Part shown: piece by piece, positions 61,435 to 64,000 of the stretch
Position numbering within the stretch: position 1 is the first letter of the stretch
Layout: every line of letters begins with the position of its first letter
The notes under the pieces: generated by a model
Told to the model about the DNA's origin: nothing
The model's input: only the letters and a program-made list of their open reading frames with translations
The model's database searches: none
Program-made: the position numbers and the translations under genes
Source: Flectonema sp. DT1601
Taxonomy: Eukaryota
NCBI GenBank assembly: GCA_964019425.1
Contig: OZ025791.1
Coordinates: 434,001 to 498,000, forward strand
Direction of reading: 5' to 3'
Length of the DNA stretch: 64,000 bases

Positions 61435-62463
61435 TCACTGAAATGAAAAGTGAAGACCACCGACAGGAAGGAGGGTGTTACGGAATTCTTCAAGAAGTGG
61501 TGATAGTGGAGTTGCTGTCTTGTCATTTATTTCATCATCAGACGCGCTACAGTCAGAGTTGCTGCTGTAAGCAACTGAGCTTGGAGGTGAAATAATTGTT
61601 TCTTGTGGTTGAGCTTGTGCTTGAGTATGAGGAGATACTCCTGGACTTCCAACAGGAGAGGTCTGAGATGACGGAACTGGAGATACTCCTTGCGGCATTC
61701 TCTTTCTACAAATGTGAACGTTGTTGCATTCAACTCCCCACTTGCATTGCATTCTCAAGTGTGGGCGACACAACTTTGCGTGTGACAGTTGAAGGCATCC
61801 ACCTGACACAACACCAGCACTGCAAACTTCAGCCAATCCTTTAGTGTGTGCGAGTCCATCTCTAGGTTGAGGGGAAGACCCATTCATCGAAAATGAGTTC
61901 CATTCTTGTCCATTGACTCTTGGGTAATCAATTGGTACGCTAGTCTTTGAAGGACAGGTTGGCTTACTGCAACATGGTGATTTCCACAAAGCTCTAAGAC
62001 TGTGAATGTGTCTTGGATCAACGTGAACAAACGGACATGACTGACCTCTAGTGCATGCTCTGACTTCGTGATCTTGGCATAGAGTTCCCTCACCTGATTT
62101 TCTGCCCACGGTGTACTCAGTTTTTGAGACTGGAACTCTGATCTTTTCGCCACCAGGCATGCAAAGTACGTTAATTTCAGATTCGTTCTCAGACGATGGG
62201 TACATGGCTCTCATCTCAGCGACCTTCTTTCTGCAGGCGTGAATGCTGTTGCACATTTCATGAGCTCTACAAATTCTACCCTGGAACTTTTTGCACAAGA
62301 ATACTCTTTTGCATCCTCCTACTCTTCTCTGCTCGAAGTAGATTTGCAGACCCATCGTTGGGAACACTTCGGACTTGGCACCGCCATACTGAAGTTCGTA
62401 TCCCTTTTTATTAGTTGGGTCAAATACGGTGATCGATTCGCTGAAAACTGGTAGGGCAGTCAT
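61435..62463 (-). CDS. CCCH zinc-finger (putative RNA-binding) protein, 342 aa
   Basis: Three CCCH-type fingers (CKKFQGRICRAHEMCNSIH; CQDHEVRACTRGQSCPFVH; CRPHLRMQCKWGVECNNVH), each preceded by a T-x-G motif, then a Ser/Pro-rich tail. Resembles euglenozoan ZC3H proteins. Confidence 0.85.
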   Translation of the reverse strand: MTALPVFSESITVFDPTNKKGYELQYGGAKSEVFPTMGLQIYFEQRRVGGCKRVFLCKKFQGRICRAHEMCNSIHACRKKVAEMRAMYPSSENESEINVLCMPGGEKIRVPVSKTEYTVGRKSGEGTLCQDHEVRACTRGQSCPFVHVDPRHIHSLRALWKSPCCSKPTCPSKTSVPIDYPRVNGQEWNSFSMNGSSPQPRDGLAHTKGLAEVCSAGVVSGGCLQLSHAKLCRPHLRMQCKWGVECNNVHICRKRMPQGVSPVPSSQTSPVGSPGVSPHTQAQAQPQETIISPPSSVAYSSNSDCSASDDEINDKTATPLSPLLEEFRNTLLPVGGLHFSFQ

Positions 62464-63224
62464 GGTGTGGGTTGTGTGTGTTTGCGAAAGTTACCTAGTT
62501 AAAATAAAAATAACTCTAAAACTCTTTTTTGAGACAAAATAATTAGACTTTTCCATAAGCAGCTGAACAAGCATACACAAGATAACCTAAACATCAAAAC
62601 CATTGGGACGGGTGTGGGAGGGGACAGGTACAGGTGTGACATCAAGCCACTATAACAAATCACTAATGTTTCTTTTTTGTTCGCAAAATTAACAACACAA
62701 CGCTGAAACGAATCACCTGTACATGCGTGATGACATTACGTCTACCGGCTTCTATAATTCAAACAACAAAAACAAAAACAAAAAAAGAACAGCAAGAAAC
62801 CCTCTAAAAAGAAGGTAAAGCGTGAGTGAAAAAACACTTCACAAGTAAATCGGGCACTTAATTAGTATACGCCTGATGGGACACAGGAGAGTCACTTATT
62901 CGCTCAGCATCGTAGCAGTCTTGGGTTACCAATCTGCTTCATTCATTTCCGTATCAAATATAACGTTCGATACTAGTTTCATTTCATTTATTATTTTTTT
63001 CTTTTTTTTTTCTTTTTATTATAATTTATTATATTTTTTTTACCGAATATTGAGATCTAACTATAAAGCATTAACAAACGAAAAGTAAATAAATAAGAGA
63101 GGTGGGGTAAAATAGAGATACGGGTGAAAAAAGAATGAATTGAACGTACCTTAAAAACACCCCAAAAAGACGTTTTTCTATGCGAGTGAACACAAGAAAC
63201 GAAAACGGTATCCATGATATATTG

Positions 63225-64000
63225 TTAGTACCTCCTTCTTCTGGGACGCACAACATACGGACTGTTTTTTTTTTTTTTTTTTGGTTTTATGATAATTCAA
63301 TTCTGCTTAATCAAGAACATCAAAAGAAAAGACTCACATACCTGCCATAAGATTGAGGGGAGCTTGAAGCATCACTCAAAGTAGCTGTTGTGCGACTTGG
63401 GGTATAAACTGAAGACTCAACAGCTGAAGCTGTATCGCCAACAGATGAGTAGTCAGTCGTGTCATCGTATCGTTGATGTTGTCGGTACGATGATTTTGCA
63501 TGCGGAGGGGATGGAGGGAGGAGCCCGAGATTTTTAGCCTCCTCTCTCAGAGTCTGTGAAAGCGCCGCAAGCTGCTGTTGCACAAACGCCGCTTCCTGCC
63601 TGACATGTCCTGAAGATGACGATGTTATTTTCCTGAATTGACGTATCAGGTTGTCTGCGTGGACAACGCGTTCTCTAAAGACTTCGATTTGTTCATCTCG
63701 CGTAGATTTTCTTTTTGAATGATATCTGTCGGTTGGCTCCTTTGCTGATTGTTTAGGTTTCCGAGACCTGTTGAAGAAGTTGAATATTGACTTCTTACTC
63801 TTCTCATGTCGCTGACTACTTCGCTTCAGATCTTTATTATAAACCGGGTCTTCATTTGAGTGATGTTGTACCCAAAGAGGTTGGTCTTGTTGTGAATGAG
63901 TCAGATGTTGGTCTGATTGAGGCTGTTGCAACTGCTGTTGTGGTTCAGCAGATTGCGGTACCATTGCTGGTGTTGTTTTAGCTCCAACTGTATAAGCTTG
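63225..64000 (-). CDS. 3' part of a hypothetical protein running off the window (exons 63342-64000 and 63225-63261)
   Basis: Frame is open to position 64000 (QAYTVGAKTTPAMVPQ...), with Gln-rich, coiled-coil-like and Ser-rich segments. Splicing 63262-63341 gives ...QSYGS-PYVVRPRRRRY*. Confidence 0.75.
63262..63341 (-). other. cis-spliced intron, 80 nt
   Basis: Donor AG|GTATGT, acceptor AAAACC-(A)18-CAG|T. Confidence 0.75.

Overview
AT-rich eukaryotic (protist) genomic DNA. It holds 12 protein-coding genes, all on the minus strand: a SAM-C2-C2 protein, RME-8/DNAJC13 with a Glu-Pro repeat tail, a 119-aa hypothetical protein, a GrpB/UPF0157 protein, a Ser/Pro-rich protein, a 6-TM voltage-gated K+ channel, a type I membrane protein, ALG7/GPT, a small Gly2 (myristoylation-type) protein, a WD40 protein, a CCCH zinc-finger protein and a gene running off the right edge. 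Unidirectional gene order, pyrimidine-tract AG sites just upstream of start codons and GTATG intron donors suggest a polycistronic, SL trans-splicing euglenozoan, possibly a diplonemid (inference). Eight short GT-AG introns can be reconstructed from frame continuity. Main oddities: (1) all eight cis-intron acceptors have A/C-rich tracts with no polypyrimidine tract, while the putative trans-splice acceptors are pyrimidine-rich, suggesting a two-code acceptor system; (2) a near-identical 902-bp non-coding tandem array (34985-38350), rich in hairpins and with motif-linked junctions; (3) two dispersed conserved motifs in the long gene-free tracts; (4) 9-kb and 21-kb gene-free, strand-asymmetric regions. 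No rRNA, tRNA, CRISPR array or transposase/reverse-transcriptase ORF was recognised.
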